Part shown: piece after piece, positions 1-8,991 of the stretch | How the letters are laid out: the number at the start of each line of letters is the position of its first letter | How positions within the stretch are numbered: the first letter of the stretch is position 1 | Assembly: GCA_964436855.1 (NCBI GenBank) | Contig: CAYTED010000004.1 | Location: 3,627-67,626 of the forward strand | DNA length: 64,000 nucleotides | Direction: 5' to 3' | Source of the DNA: an uncultured Bdellovibrionales bacterium | GTDB lineage: Bacteria > Patescibacteriota > Minisyncoccia > Moranbacterales > UBA1568 | Notes under the pieces: generated by a model | The model's database searches: none | Told to the model about the DNA's origin: nothing | What the model saw: only the letters and a program-made list of their open reading frames with translations | Made by a program: the position numbers and the translations under genes

Positions 1-320
1 GCAAAGAGGTATGGGTCTTGAGCGTTCCACTCGACTACCCGATGGATCTGGAATTCTTCAATGCGGGAAAAGATCGGGTTGAGAAATGGCTTACTTCAAT
101 TGGCCTTTTCGGTCACACAGAGGTCACTCTCGAACGATCGCGCATAAAGACAGATGGTAATGAGAAAACCGTTACCGGAACAAACGCGCTCACCTTCACT
201 TTCGACTCCATCGCTCTCAAAACATTCCTCGCAATTCAATTGCACAAAATGATCACGGTGTTCTACCAAGAATCCAAAGAACAAACGGTCGCGGTGAACA
301 TCACCGGAATAGCACTCTAG
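1..320 (+). CDS. Hypothetical protein, 3' partial; the frame is open to the window edge
   Basis: ORF is open from position 3 with no upstream in-frame stop and ends at 318-320. It is followed by a hairpin terminator. No recognisable motifs. Confidence 0.3.
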   Translation, partial: KEVWVLSVPLDYPMDLEFFNAGKDRVEKWLTSIGLFGHTEVTLERSRIKTDGNEKTVTGTNALTFTFDSIALKTFLAIQLHKMITVFYQESKEQTVAVNITGIAL

Positions 321-328
321 CACCCTCC

Positions 329-359
329 CCCTCGCCGCCAGCGCGCCGCGAGGGTTTTT
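329..359 (+). terminator. Rho-independent terminator
   Basis: GC-rich hairpin ccctcgc..gcgaggg followed by TTTTT. Confidence 0.5.
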
Positions 360-413
360 CTTTACAAGAAATCCCCTTTATGGTACAAAAGACAGGTTGT
401 TTAAAAGAAGAGG

Positions 414-839
414 GTGGCGCTCCAAAAATTCAAGGAGAAAAAAGCAATGGAGTATAAAGCAAGGAGTATCGTCGTTACGGGATCGCAAGGAGCAGCATCT
501 TTCCCTTTCAGTCTCTACATCCACGAGAGAATTCTCAGAATGAAGTTCGAGAACTTTAAGAGAAAACGCCCGGACCTCATGTGTCTCCGCATGGCGATCA
601 CTCATCGGCAGATCATCATTCGGCCGCGTCAGGGAAAGGAAAGCACCCCAACGGAGAGCGACATCAGGAGCGCGTTCGCGTTTCTCGATATTACCGTGGA
701 ATCACCGAAGCCGCCTTCGGAAAAGAAGAAACCGAAGACGGTCACAAGGACACCGCGGAGCAAGCATAATGGTCGTCCGAACTTGAGTGGAGCGGCGAGA
801 TTCTCGAGAACCGCTGCCCTACTCGCCGCTCGACATTAA
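414..839 (+). CDS. Hypothetical small basic protein; doubtful
   Basis: ORF followed by a hairpin terminator at 894-925. No family motifs. Composition is R/K-rich. Confidence 0.2.
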   Translation: MALQKFKEKKAMEYKARSIVVTGSQGAASFPFSLYIHERILRMKFENFKRKRPDLMCLRMAITHRQIIIRPRQGKESTPTESDIRSAFAFLDITVESPKPPSEKKKPKTVTRTPRSKHNGRPNLSGAARFSRTAALLAARH

Positions 840-893
840 TCTACGCGCCACACCCTCTCACAGCATCCTCTGAAAACTATCAGGGGCAGTCAA

Positions 894-925
894 CCACGGG
901 TTCTTCATCCCGTGGTTTTTTCTTT
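894..925 (+). terminator. Rho-independent terminator
   Basis: Hairpin ccacggg-ttcttcat-cccgtgg followed by a T-run. Confidence 0.5.
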
Positions 926-975
926 TCCTTATTTGCCTTCTTGCTTTCTTTTCGGCAGAGTGGAAATATATCTCT

Positions 976-3093
976 ATGATCGAAAATACTTCACTCAACA
1001 CTCGCTCCGGCATCTCGCAATACTATCTCACCCGCCTCAAACGACTCGGGATCACGACCCTGCGCGACCTCCTCTTTCATTTTCCCTCGCGCTATGAAGA
1101 TTATTCCGTCACAAAAAAAATCGCCGAACTCCTCCCGGATGAAAAAGCGACCATCGAAGGTATCGTCAAAACGTTCAAATCAGGCCGCACCTTTCACAAA
1201 AAAATGTTTCTCGCCGAAGCGACGCTCGCTGATGAGTCCGGATCTATCCGCATCATTTGGTTCAATCAAAAATTTGTCGCACAGATGATACGGCCCGGGA
1301 TGCACCTTCGCGTATCCGGCAAAGTAAGCAATGACAAACACGGTCTCCATTTTTCCAACCCCGCCTTCGAACGCGCCGAACGAGACGAAACACATACCGG
1401 CCGCCTCGTCCCCATATACCCCGAAACCTCCGGCCTCACCTCGAAATTCTTCCGCTGGCAAATCGGCGAAATACTCAAAAAACATCTCAAAGGCATTCCC
1501 GACTTTGTCCCCGAAGAAATCCTCACTCGTCTTCACCTCCCCTCGCTCGCCCGCGCACTCGCCTACATTCACTTCCCCAACAAACTCGACGAAGCCCTCC
1601 TCGCCGAAAAACGATTTGCTTTCGACGAAATGCTCCTCGTCCAACTCAAATCACTTCTCACCAAATCTTCCTGGGATGCCGCTCGTGCGATTTCTTTTCC
1701 TCGCGCCGAAAAAGACGCCGAAGCACTGCTCACATCACTCCCCTTCACACTCACTGCCGCGCAGACCCGAGCGACCCAAGAAATTCTCGCCGATCTCACC
1801 CAAGGAAAACCGATGAACCGACTCTTGAATGGCGATGTCGGATCGGGAAAAACGATAGTCGCCGCCATTGCCTGTCACGCGATCGCGAATGCCGATTTTC
1901 AATCCGCGCTCCTCGCGCCGACCGAAGTTTTGGCCCGACAACACTACGAAACATTCGCAAAACTTTTTGCAAAAACAGATACAAAAATTGCCCTCCTCAC
2001 CCAAGCCTATCAAATCCTCGACGGACAAATCGTCTCCCGAGCGACGCTTCTTGCTGCGCTCAAGTCCGGCATGATCCATATCTTGATCGGCACGCATGCC
2101 ATCATCCAGAAAGACATTCGTTTCAAAAATCTCGCTCTCGTCATCATCGACGAACAACACCGATTTGGCGTGGCACAGCGCGCCTATCTTCAAGAAGAAG
2201 CCAAAAATATCAACGATGGACTCGCAGAGACCACACCACACTTCCTCACTATGACCGCCACCCCGATTCCGCGGACACTCACGCTCGCCTATTTCGGCAA
2301 TCTCGAACTCTCCCTCCTCGACGAAATGCCAAAATCGCGAAAACCCATTATCACCAAAATTGCAAAAAACAACGCTGACCGAAACAAAATCTATGATTTT
2401 ATCCGAAAGCACATTCGCGAGGGACGACAAGCATTTGTCATCCTCCCGCTCGTCGAGGAAAGCGAAGCGCTTGCCGATGTAAAGGCGGCAACTGTCGAGC
2501 GCGATCGTCTCGGAAAAGAAATTTTTTCCGATCTTTCAATCGGCCTCTTGCATGGCCGGCTCAAATCAAAAGAAAAAGAAGAAGTGATGCGCGATTTTAA
2601 AGAAAAAAAATATCAGATTCTTGTCGCAACCGCCGTCGTCGAAGTCGGTATCGATGTTCCCAATGCTACAATCATGGTGATCGAAGATGCCGAACGATTC
2701 GGACTCTCGCAACTCCACCAATTCCGCGGACGCGTTGGTCGCGGTGAGCATCAGTCATATTGCTTTCTCTTTCCCCACCAACATCCCGCCGAATCGGGAA
2801 GTTCCGGCGGACAGGCCGGCTCCATAAATGAACGTCTGAAAATATTGGAGAAAACCAACAATGGTTTCGAGATCGCCGAAGAAGATCTCAAAATCCGAGG
2901 ACCCGGATCATTTTTCGGCATTCGCCAGTCAGGACTTCCCGATGTCGCAATGGAAAATCTCGCCAATGTAAAACTCGTCAAAATCTCCCGCACCGAAGCG
3001 GAAACACTTCTCAAAAAAGACCCCTCCCTCGCATCGTTTCCCCTCCTCCAAAAAGAACTCGCTCGCTTTGACCAACGCATTCACTTGGAGTAA
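976..3093 (+). CDS. recG: ATP-dependent DNA helicase RecG
   Basis: 705 aa. N-terminal wedge/OB region. Walker A GDVGSGKT. DEQHRFG motif. Helicase C domain with QLHQFRGRVGRG. C-terminal RecG-type tail. Confidence 0.9.
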   Translation: MIENTSLNTRSGISQYYLTRLKRLGITTLRDLLFHFPSRYEDYSVTKKIAELLPDEKATIEGIVKTFKSGRTFHKKMFLAEATLADESGSIRIIWFNQKFVAQMIRPGMHLRVSGKVSNDKHGLHFSNPAFERAERDETHTGRLVPIYPETSGLTSKFFRWQIGEILKKHLKGIPDFVPEEILTRLHLPSLARALAYIHFPNKLDEALLAEKRFAFDEMLLVQLKSLLTKSSWDAARAISFPRAEKDAEALLTSLPFTLTAAQTRATQEILADLTQGKPMNRLLNGDVGSGKTIVAAIACHAIANADFQSALLAPTEVLARQHYETFAKLFAKTDTKIALLTQAYQILDGQIVSRATLLAALKSGMIHILIGTHAIIQKDIRFKNLALVIIDEQHRFGVAQRAYLQEEAKNINDGLAETTPHFLTMTATPIPRTLTLAYFGNLELSLLDEMPKSRKPIITKIAKNNADRNKIYDFIRKHIREGRQAFVILPLVEESEALADVKAATVERDRLGKEIFSDLSIGLLHGRLKSKEKEEVMRDFKEKKYQILVATAVVEVGIDVPNATIMVIEDAERFGLSQLHQFRGRVGRGEHQSYCFLFPHQHPAESGSSGGQAGSINERLKILEKTNNGFEIAEEDLKIRGPGSFFGIRQSGLPDVAMENLANVKLVKISRTEAETLLKKDPSLASFPLLQKELARFDQRIHLE

Positions 3094-3924
3094 ATTTTTC
3101 TTTCTTTTTAACGAAAAATACATTCCTCTTTCTTTGTACGCACAAAGAAAGAAAAGTATCGTCCTGCGTTTTGCTGTGAAAGCTCTTTCGATTCACTTCG
3201 CTCAATGTCCGTCTGCCGTTTCACTTCCTACTTACGAAAGGTGTCCTTCAGAACGCTTCACTTCATCTCGCATCTTTTGTAAAGCTTCACTCAACGGACG
3301 ATGTATTTTTGAAATCGACCGCAAGCGAAGTATCGAAAGAAATATCGATGAAGCGAAGGAAAAAGAAGCTCCAAAGGAGGAAGCAAAGCGCCTCTGGAGT
3401 TTCTTCCGAAGCGAGTCGAATATTTCTCGATACGAAGCGCAGGGAGAGAGTTTTTCTTTGCATACTTTCTTTTTTCGGAAAAAAAGAAAGTATGAAGAAG
3501 AAATGATCAGAGAAAATGAAAAAGGGTCGACCGAAGTCGAACCCTTTATTCGAAAAGCTTCTCTACCGATGCCTGTGCTTGTGCCGAATTCCGAAGCCCA
3601 TGTGGATCACACGACGACTTCCCTGCCTACTACCACCATTGTCGGTGGGGCGAGGAAGAACATGTCTCCCATTCTCACCCGCAACCGAGGCGACTGGATG
3701 ATACAGTACTACCGTTGTTTGTTGTAGACCTCCAGCTTTGCGCATAGCGTTTTCTCTCCTTTGCATCGCAATACAACGAAATTCCTTGAAAAGACAAACC
3801 GTAACATTGACGGGCAAGGCTCCTCAAGGGCCAAAAAAGAAATGCTAATGTATCCCTTTATAGCAACTTTCAAAAATCTTTGCAAGAGACAGTGAGCCGT
3901 TTCAAAAAAGAGCTGTTCTCTCCC

Positions 3925-5697
3925 TTACTTGCGACGTATTTTTTCCGTCACCCAAAACTCCCCAAAGTATTTCCCAAACAAGAGCCGTGTCTGCGAATCA
4001 AGCGCCGGAAACGCCGAAAGAAACGCGATCAATGGCGAGATAATCCATTGGAGAAACATCAAGATATATCGCGACCAGTGATACTTTTCCGGTTTCGGCG
4101 GAAGCGACACCATCGAAAGCGGCACCGAAACCGCCATACCCATCATCGCAAGCGTCATCAATGTTTGCGTGACAAGCGGAAGGTTGTGCGCAAGAAGCCC
4201 CTCACGAAATGCCTCTCCCCCGAGAACAAGCGGCAACCATCCGAGAAACGCAAGAATAAATGAAGTCGTCGCCCATGAGTGATGTCCCTCGATCATTTCA
4301 AAAGTAACGCGGATCTTCACACGAAGCGGAACATTCGGATTCGGCCACACCGCGCGAAGCGTAACCGGCCAGTTCTCGATTCCATACGCCCAACGCCGAA
4401 GCTGCTTGTACTGATTCTTGATCGTCTTCCAGTACGTCTCCGCAAGCACCGCATCGAGCGACACCGGAAGATGAATCGGCTTCACCTCATAATCCCCATT
4501 GAAGTATGAGAGGCATTTCCAATAAATCACCGAGTCTTCACTGATCATATTGAGCGGCCAAAAACCAACCTTCACTAACGTATCAAATGATTCCGAGTGC
4601 GAAGAAAACGTTACCATTTCCCGACGAGTACTCTGATAAAGATGCCAAAACGACGACCCTGTCACCGCGAGCCGAACAAACGCGTTCGTATCCCACAAGT
4701 TATTGTGATACACCGGGATCGGCTGATACGCGCGCCGGTGTCGCTTCGGATCAGTGATAAACGCGTAGGAGAGCGCAGCAAAATATTCCGGATGCGCCAC
4801 CGTATCGCAATCAAAATTCGAAAAAATAACCCGCTTGTAATCAATCTTCCGTTCATCGAAATACGCCATCAGGTATCGCGCGGCAAACGCCGCATTGGAC
4901 GCCTTGCACTTCATCTCGTTTGCCGCGACGATATGCGTCGTTACGATAAAATCACGGAACTTCCCCGCAAATGTGTTTGTAAGATATTCCACTTTCGGAA
5001 TACGCGTCATCGGATTTTCTCGCTCTTCCGTCGCGAGCACTACAATCATTTGTTCTTTGGGAAAGTTCGTTTCAAGAAGCGATCGGATAGCCGGCTCAAT
5101 AATTTCAGCCGACTCATTTGCCGTCGGAAGAAGAACGACATGAATCACATCTCGCCAGTCAAGTATTTCTTTCTCGATCGGAACAAGCGATTCCACTTCT
5201 TCGAGGTATCGTTTGGTTTTTACGATCGATCGACGAACGATACAACGCTCCCGTAAATGAAAAAACGGAAGTTCTCGAAGCGCATTTCGATATCCGTCGA
5301 TACGTTCCTGTAAGAGTTTCGCATACACGTTTGGATGAACAATATTCTGACATCGCTCCCACCAATCAATCTTCTTTCCCTCGCGAAGCATAAAATGCCC
5401 CTTGAGCGAATAGTACGAAATAAATATCGTCCGATAAATCCAATAGATATCAAAAAGAATAATAAAAACGGCCGCCCATACCGGCTTCAAAAAAGAAAGG
5501 AGAAGCATTCCAAGGACGGTCGCCCACGAAAGCATTCCCGGAATCATTTCGAGCGTTCTTTGCGCCAGTCTCCCCCACTTTTCCGTTGTTTTCGGGTCAG
5601 GAAAATGAAAATTCGGATCCATAATATTCAGCTTTAGAATACCGCGTATCGTACCGCAAATCCACCGATCTGTCCATGCAGCAACCATATTCAGCAA
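3925..5697 (-). CDS. Membrane-embedded family-2 glycosyltransferase, processive beta-glycan (cellulose-synthase-like) type
   Basis: DCD (DxD) motif, SED (TED-like) motif and QLRRW (QxxRW) motif. N-terminal and multiple C-terminal TM helices. True start may be the internal Met near 5622. Confidence 0.75.
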   Translation of the reverse strand: MLNMVAAWTDRWICGTIRGILKLNIMDPNFHFPDPKTTEKWGRLAQRTLEMIPGMLSWATVLGMLLLSFLKPVWAAVFIILFDIYWIYRTIFISYYSLKGHFMLREGKKIDWWERCQNIVHPNVYAKLLQERIDGYRNALRELPFFHLRERCIVRRSIVKTKRYLEEVESLVPIEKEILDWRDVIHVVLLPTANESAEIIEPAIRSLLETNFPKEQMIVVLATEERENPMTRIPKVEYLTNTFAGKFRDFIVTTHIVAANEMKCKASNAAFAARYLMAYFDERKIDYKRVIFSNFDCDTVAHPEYFAALSYAFITDPKRHRRAYQPIPVYHNNLWDTNAFVRLAVTGSSFWHLYQSTRREMVTFSSHSESFDTLVKVGFWPLNMISEDSVIYWKCLSYFNGDYEVKPIHLPVSLDAVLAETYWKTIKNQYKQLRRWAYGIENWPVTLRAVWPNPNVPLRVKIRVTFEMIEGHHSWATTSFILAFLGWLPLVLGGEAFREGLLAHNLPLVTQTLMTLAMMGMAVSVPLSMVSLPPKPEKYHWSRYILMFLQWIISPLIAFLSAFPALDSQTRLLFGKYFGEFWVTEKIRRK

Positions 5698-5722
5698 AAG
5701 AAAAATCTCTTATACTAAAATT

Positions 5723-7018
5723 ATGCACAAAACAAAAAAATTTCCCGACGGTTTTTTGTGGGGCTCCGCCACGAGCTCGCATCAGGTCGAAGGAGGGAAT
5801 CACAATGACTGGAGCGAATGGGAAAAGAAAAACGCCGTCCGTCTCGCCCGCGAATCATCAAAACACTTCTCACAGTTCCCATCATGGGAATTCATCCAAA
5901 AAGAAGCGGAGGATCCGAAAAACTATCTCTCCGGAAACGCTTGCGATCATTACCACCACTACGAAGAAGATTTCGACATCGCAGCATCCCTCGGCCACAA
6001 TGCCCATCGTTTCAGCATCGAGTGGTCGCGCATCGAACCCGAAGAGGGCGTGTTTGACGAGCAAGAAATTGAGCACTATCGAAATGTTTTGCTCGCCCTT
6101 CGCAAACGCAATATCGAACCATTTGTCACGCTCTGGCACTGGACTATTCCCGTCTGGCTCGCCCAGAAAGGCGGCTGGGAAAACAAACACTCCGTCGAGC
6201 ACTTTCTTCGATACGCCGAAAAAATAGTGACCGAATATCGCGACCTTGTGAGATTTTGGATGCCACTCAATGAGCCCGGCACCTTCGTCGGGATGAGCTA
6301 TATCCAGGGAGCGTTTCCCCCTCAGAAGCGCCTCGCGCTCTTTGCCGCCAACCGCGTCTTCAAAAATTTGATGCGCACATACCGGAAAACCTACTCCCTG
6401 ATAAAAAAATACGACCCGGACTCGATCGTCGGAATGTCTCACTATGCCGTGTACATGTTCCCCAGTACGAGCAGCCTCGCAAACAAACTCCTCGTAAAAA
6501 TACTCGACTACATCCGCAACTGGCGATTCCTTGATTCGATCAATCAGACAAACGACTTTATCGGTATCCAATACTACCATACCGACTGCATTGCTTTCGC
6601 ACCGCTCGGAAACGGCACTTGGGGCTTTATCAATAAAAAAGAAATCAATCCCTGGGGAAAAAATCGAACCGATATGGGTTGGGACATCTATCCGGAAGGG
6701 ATGTACCACCTGCTCCGGCGCGCCGCAAAATACAAGAAGCCGATCTACATCACCGAAAACGGACTTGCGGATATGAGAGACGCGTTGCGAGAAGACTTTA
6801 TCAAAGAAAACCTCCTCCAAGTACACCGCGCTATTACGGAAGGCGTTGATATTCGCGGTTACTTTTATTGGTCACTCCTCGACAATTTCGAATGGAACAA
6901 GGGGTACTGGCCACGCTTTGGACTCATCTCCTTCAACAAAAATACTCTCAAGCGCACCATCCGACCAAGCGCCTACTCCTACAAAAAAATCTGCGACACG
7001 AATACGCTTGAAATATGA
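5723..7018 (+). CDS. Glycoside hydrolase family 1 beta-glucosidase
   Basis: N-terminal FLWGSATSSHQVEG signature. NEP acid/base motif. ITENG nucleophile motif (YITENGLAD). 431 aa. Confidence 0.85.
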   Translation: MHKTKKFPDGFLWGSATSSHQVEGGNHNDWSEWEKKNAVRLARESSKHFSQFPSWEFIQKEAEDPKNYLSGNACDHYHHYEEDFDIAASLGHNAHRFSIEWSRIEPEEGVFDEQEIEHYRNVLLALRKRNIEPFVTLWHWTIPVWLAQKGGWENKHSVEHFLRYAEKIVTEYRDLVRFWMPLNEPGTFVGMSYIQGAFPPQKRLALFAANRVFKNLMRTYRKTYSLIKKYDPDSIVGMSHYAVYMFPSTSSLANKLLVKILDYIRNWRFLDSINQTNDFIGIQYYHTDCIAFAPLGNGTWGFINKKEINPWGKNRTDMGWDIYPEGMYHLLRRAAKYKKPIYITENGLADMRDALREDFIKENLLQVHRAITEGVDIRGYFYWSLLDNFEWNKGYWPRFGLISFNKNTLKRTIRPSAYSYKKICDTNTLEI

Positions 7019-7062
7019 AAGGCCGATTACGTTTGTAACCGGCCTGGAAAAAATTCATCGCC

Positions 7063-7536
7063 TCACAGGAGCGCTGCTCCGGTAGTGATCACAAGGAAAA
7101 AAACCAGAATCCCGAAAAGTATCAGGACCCATCGCTTATCCCAAGACTCCTTTCCATTTTCCTCGGGCGAACGGGAATCGAAATTGGCATAGAGCCACCA
7201 CAGAACATACCGCGACCCTACCCCGAGAACCGTCGCGATAAGCGCGATAAGGGTCGGGTCAAACTGGAACGGCGCTTCCCCTGGGAAAAAAAACGCCACC
7301 ACCAATACCAAAAGAGACAACCACTGAACAAGAAAAGTCCGGTATTCCTTCTCATTCGATGCCCGCCCCTTACGAGCCTCACTTTCAAGCATTATTGCTG
7401 GAATAGCAAACACCATACTAACAATGGCAAACGCAATGAAAACCGCATTTATCCACTCACCCATCTCTGTCTCCTGGTTGTCAAGTCGCGAGAAAAGTCT
7501 CGTGAAAACTCTTTGAGAAAAAACAAGTAGCCCCAA
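7063..7536 (-). CDS. Hypothetical membrane protein
   Basis: Three to four predicted TM helices. No motifs. Probable start at the internal Met (MGEWINAVF). Confidence 0.4.
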   Translation of the reverse strand: MGLLVFSQRVFTRLFSRLDNQETEMGEWINAVFIAFAIVSMVFAIPAIMLESEARKGRASNEKEYRTFLVQWLSLLVLVVAFFFPGEAPFQFDPTLIALIATVLGVGSRYVLWWLYANFDSRSPEENGKESWDKRWVLILFGILVFFLVITTGAALL

Positions 7537-7599
7537 GGGGAGTCGAACCCCTCTTACCAGGATGAAAACCTGATGTCCTAGCCGATAGACGATGGGGCC
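7528..7599 (-). tRNA. tRNA-Glu (anticodon TTC)
   Basis: 72-nt cloverleaf by hand. Acceptor GGCCCCA/TGGGGCT. T-loop GGGGTTCGACTCCCC. Anticodon loop TTTTCAT. Confidence 0.85.
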
Positions 7600-7752
7600 A
7601 AATTTGGAAACACAACAAAAAAACAGCGAAACACTGCAAGCACATCATAGCATAAAATCACCTTTACGCAAGGCGGCTCGTCTCTTTTTCTTAAGCACCC
7701 TTTTAATACCCTGCTTTATGCTCTATACTCCATACCTTATACTTCCATATAT

Positions 7753-8991
7753 ATGAAAATTCTCTCTATCGAAACTTCTTGCGACGAAACCGCCGCCGCC
7801 ATTGTCGAAAAGCAAGGCGAGAATGTTTCCATACACGCAAGCGTCGTCTCTTCGCAGATCGACCTCCATGCCAAATATGGCGGTGTCGTCCCCAATCTCG
7901 CCGCGCGAGAACATACAAAAAATATCGTCCCGGTCATCGAAGAAACTCTCGCGGAAGCGAAATGTACCCCAAGCGATATTGATCTCATCGCGGTTACCCA
8001 GGGGCCCGGCCTTATCCCCGCCCTCCTCGTCGGCACAACCGCCGCGAAAACACTCTCGTGCGTTTGGAAAAAACCATTAATTGGAATACACCACATCGAG
8101 GGACATATCTACGCCAATTTCATTGGCAATAACCAATTACCAATCCGCCAGCTGACGGACAAGATACAAACAAATCCCAATAATCAAATTTTAAATTCGA
8201 AAATTCATTCATTAGAGATTGATTCAAAATTCGAAAATCAAAATTCGAAATTCCCCCTAGTAGCTCTCGTCGTCTCCGGCGGACACACAGAACTCATATT
8301 GATGCGCGATCACTTCGACTACGAAATTCTCGGCGAAACGGAAGACGATGCTGTCGGTGAATGTTTTGACAAGGTCGCGCGTATGCTCGGCCTCCCCTAT
8401 CCCGGAGGCCCGGCCGTCGCCAAACGTGCCGATACATTTCACTCTTCCTCCTCCTCTGCCCGAGGGGAGGTGTCGAGTCTTCGAGACGGAGGGGTGGGAG
8501 ATTCCAAATTCCAAATTCCAGATTCTCACTTTCAATTTCCTCGTCCCATGATCAATTCCGGCGATTACCGATTTTCTTTCTCCGGCCTCAAAACATCCGT
8601 TCTCTATTTTCTCAAGAAAAATGAAGAAAAAATGAAAGATGATGCTTTCATTGACGAAGTCTGCTCTGAATTTCAAGAAGCGGTCGTGGATGTATTGGTA
8701 ATAAAATCGAAACGGGCAATCGAAGAATTCCGACCGAAAACCTTCGTCATCGCCGGCGGTGTCTCGGCCAATGTTCGATTACGTAACCGATTACGTAATA
8801 TGATCGAGACCGAATTTCCCGACACCACATTTACCATGCCGGAATTTGAGTACTCACTCGACAACGCCGTCATGATCGGCGCCGCCGCCGCCTTCCGCTA
8901 CGATCGCATGAGCGACAAGCAAAAATCCGAACTCAAAAACAACTGGCAAACCCTCGAAGCAAGCGCCAGCCTCACGCTTTCCAATCTATGA
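7753..8991 (+). CDS. tsaD: tRNA N6-adenosine threonylcarbamoyltransferase TsaD (Kae1/Gcp), carrying two in-frame repeat-derived insertions
   Basis: N-terminus MKILSIETSCDETAAAIV. HHIEGH metal motif. VSGGHTEL, FSFSGLKT and AGGVSAN motifs. 412 aa versus about 340 typical. Extra segments map to 8136-8252 and 8437-8530. Confidence 0.9.
   Translation: MKILSIETSCDETAAAIVEKQGENVSIHASVVSSQIDLHAKYGGVVPNLAAREHTKNIVPVIEETLAEAKCTPSDIDLIAVTQGPGLIPALLVGTTAAKTLSCVWKKPLIGIHHIEGHIYANFIGNNQLPIRQLTDKIQTNPNNQILNSKIHSLEIDSKFENQNSKFPLVALVVSGGHTELILMRDHFDYEILGETEDDAVGECFDKVARMLGLPYPGGPAVAKRADTFHSSSSSARGEVSSLRDGGVGDSKFQIPDSHFQFPRPMINSGDYRFSFSGLKTSVLYFLKKNEEKMKDDAFIDEVCSEFQEAVVDVLVIKSKRAIEEFRPKTFVIAGGVSANVRLRNRLRNMIETEFPDTTFTMPEFEYSLDNAVMIGAAAAFRYDRMSDKQKSELKNNWQTLEASASLTLSNL
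8185..8252. repeat. AT-rich AAAATTCGAAAAT-type repeat block, inside the tsaD coding sequence (insertion 1)
   Basis: aaattcgaaaattcattcatt...gattcaaaattcgaaaatcaaaattcgaaattc. Translates as NSKIHSLEIDSKFENQNSKF in frame. Confidence 0.6.
8444..8500. repeat. Copy of the two-hairpin palindromic repeat family, in-frame inside tsaD (insertion 2)
   Basis: tcctcctcctctgcccgaggggagg tgtcgagtcttcgagac ggaggggtggg. Aligns with copies at 9761, 10174, 44598 and 45131. It is followed by attccaaattccaaattcca. Confidence 0.6.

Noticed and set aside
1735-2430. 231-aa minus-strand ORF inside recG; similarly 5882-6826 minus inside GH1, 10716-11219 minus inside valS, 41208-42047 plus inside fusA, 54641-55561 plus inside ftsZ, 30480-31738 and 34785-35627 plus inside ribosomal genes, and 47413-48273 plus inside the MBL gene
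   Set aside because: All are antisense to genes with unambiguous conserved motifs. They are low-complexity or Arg-rich translations, typical shadow ORFs.
3068-3727. 219-aa plus-strand ORF in the recG-GT2 spacer
   Set aside because: Low-complexity K/E/R/F-rich translation overlapping the recG 3' end, spanning palindromic DNA and lacking any motif. Treated as non-coding. The region itself is reported as a finding.
5697-5723. Taking the GT2 start at 5697, only 25 bp from the divergent GH1 start
   Set aside because: That leaves no room for two promoters. The GT2 more likely initiates at an internal Met (about 5622). The feature keeps the full ORF coordinates with this caveat.
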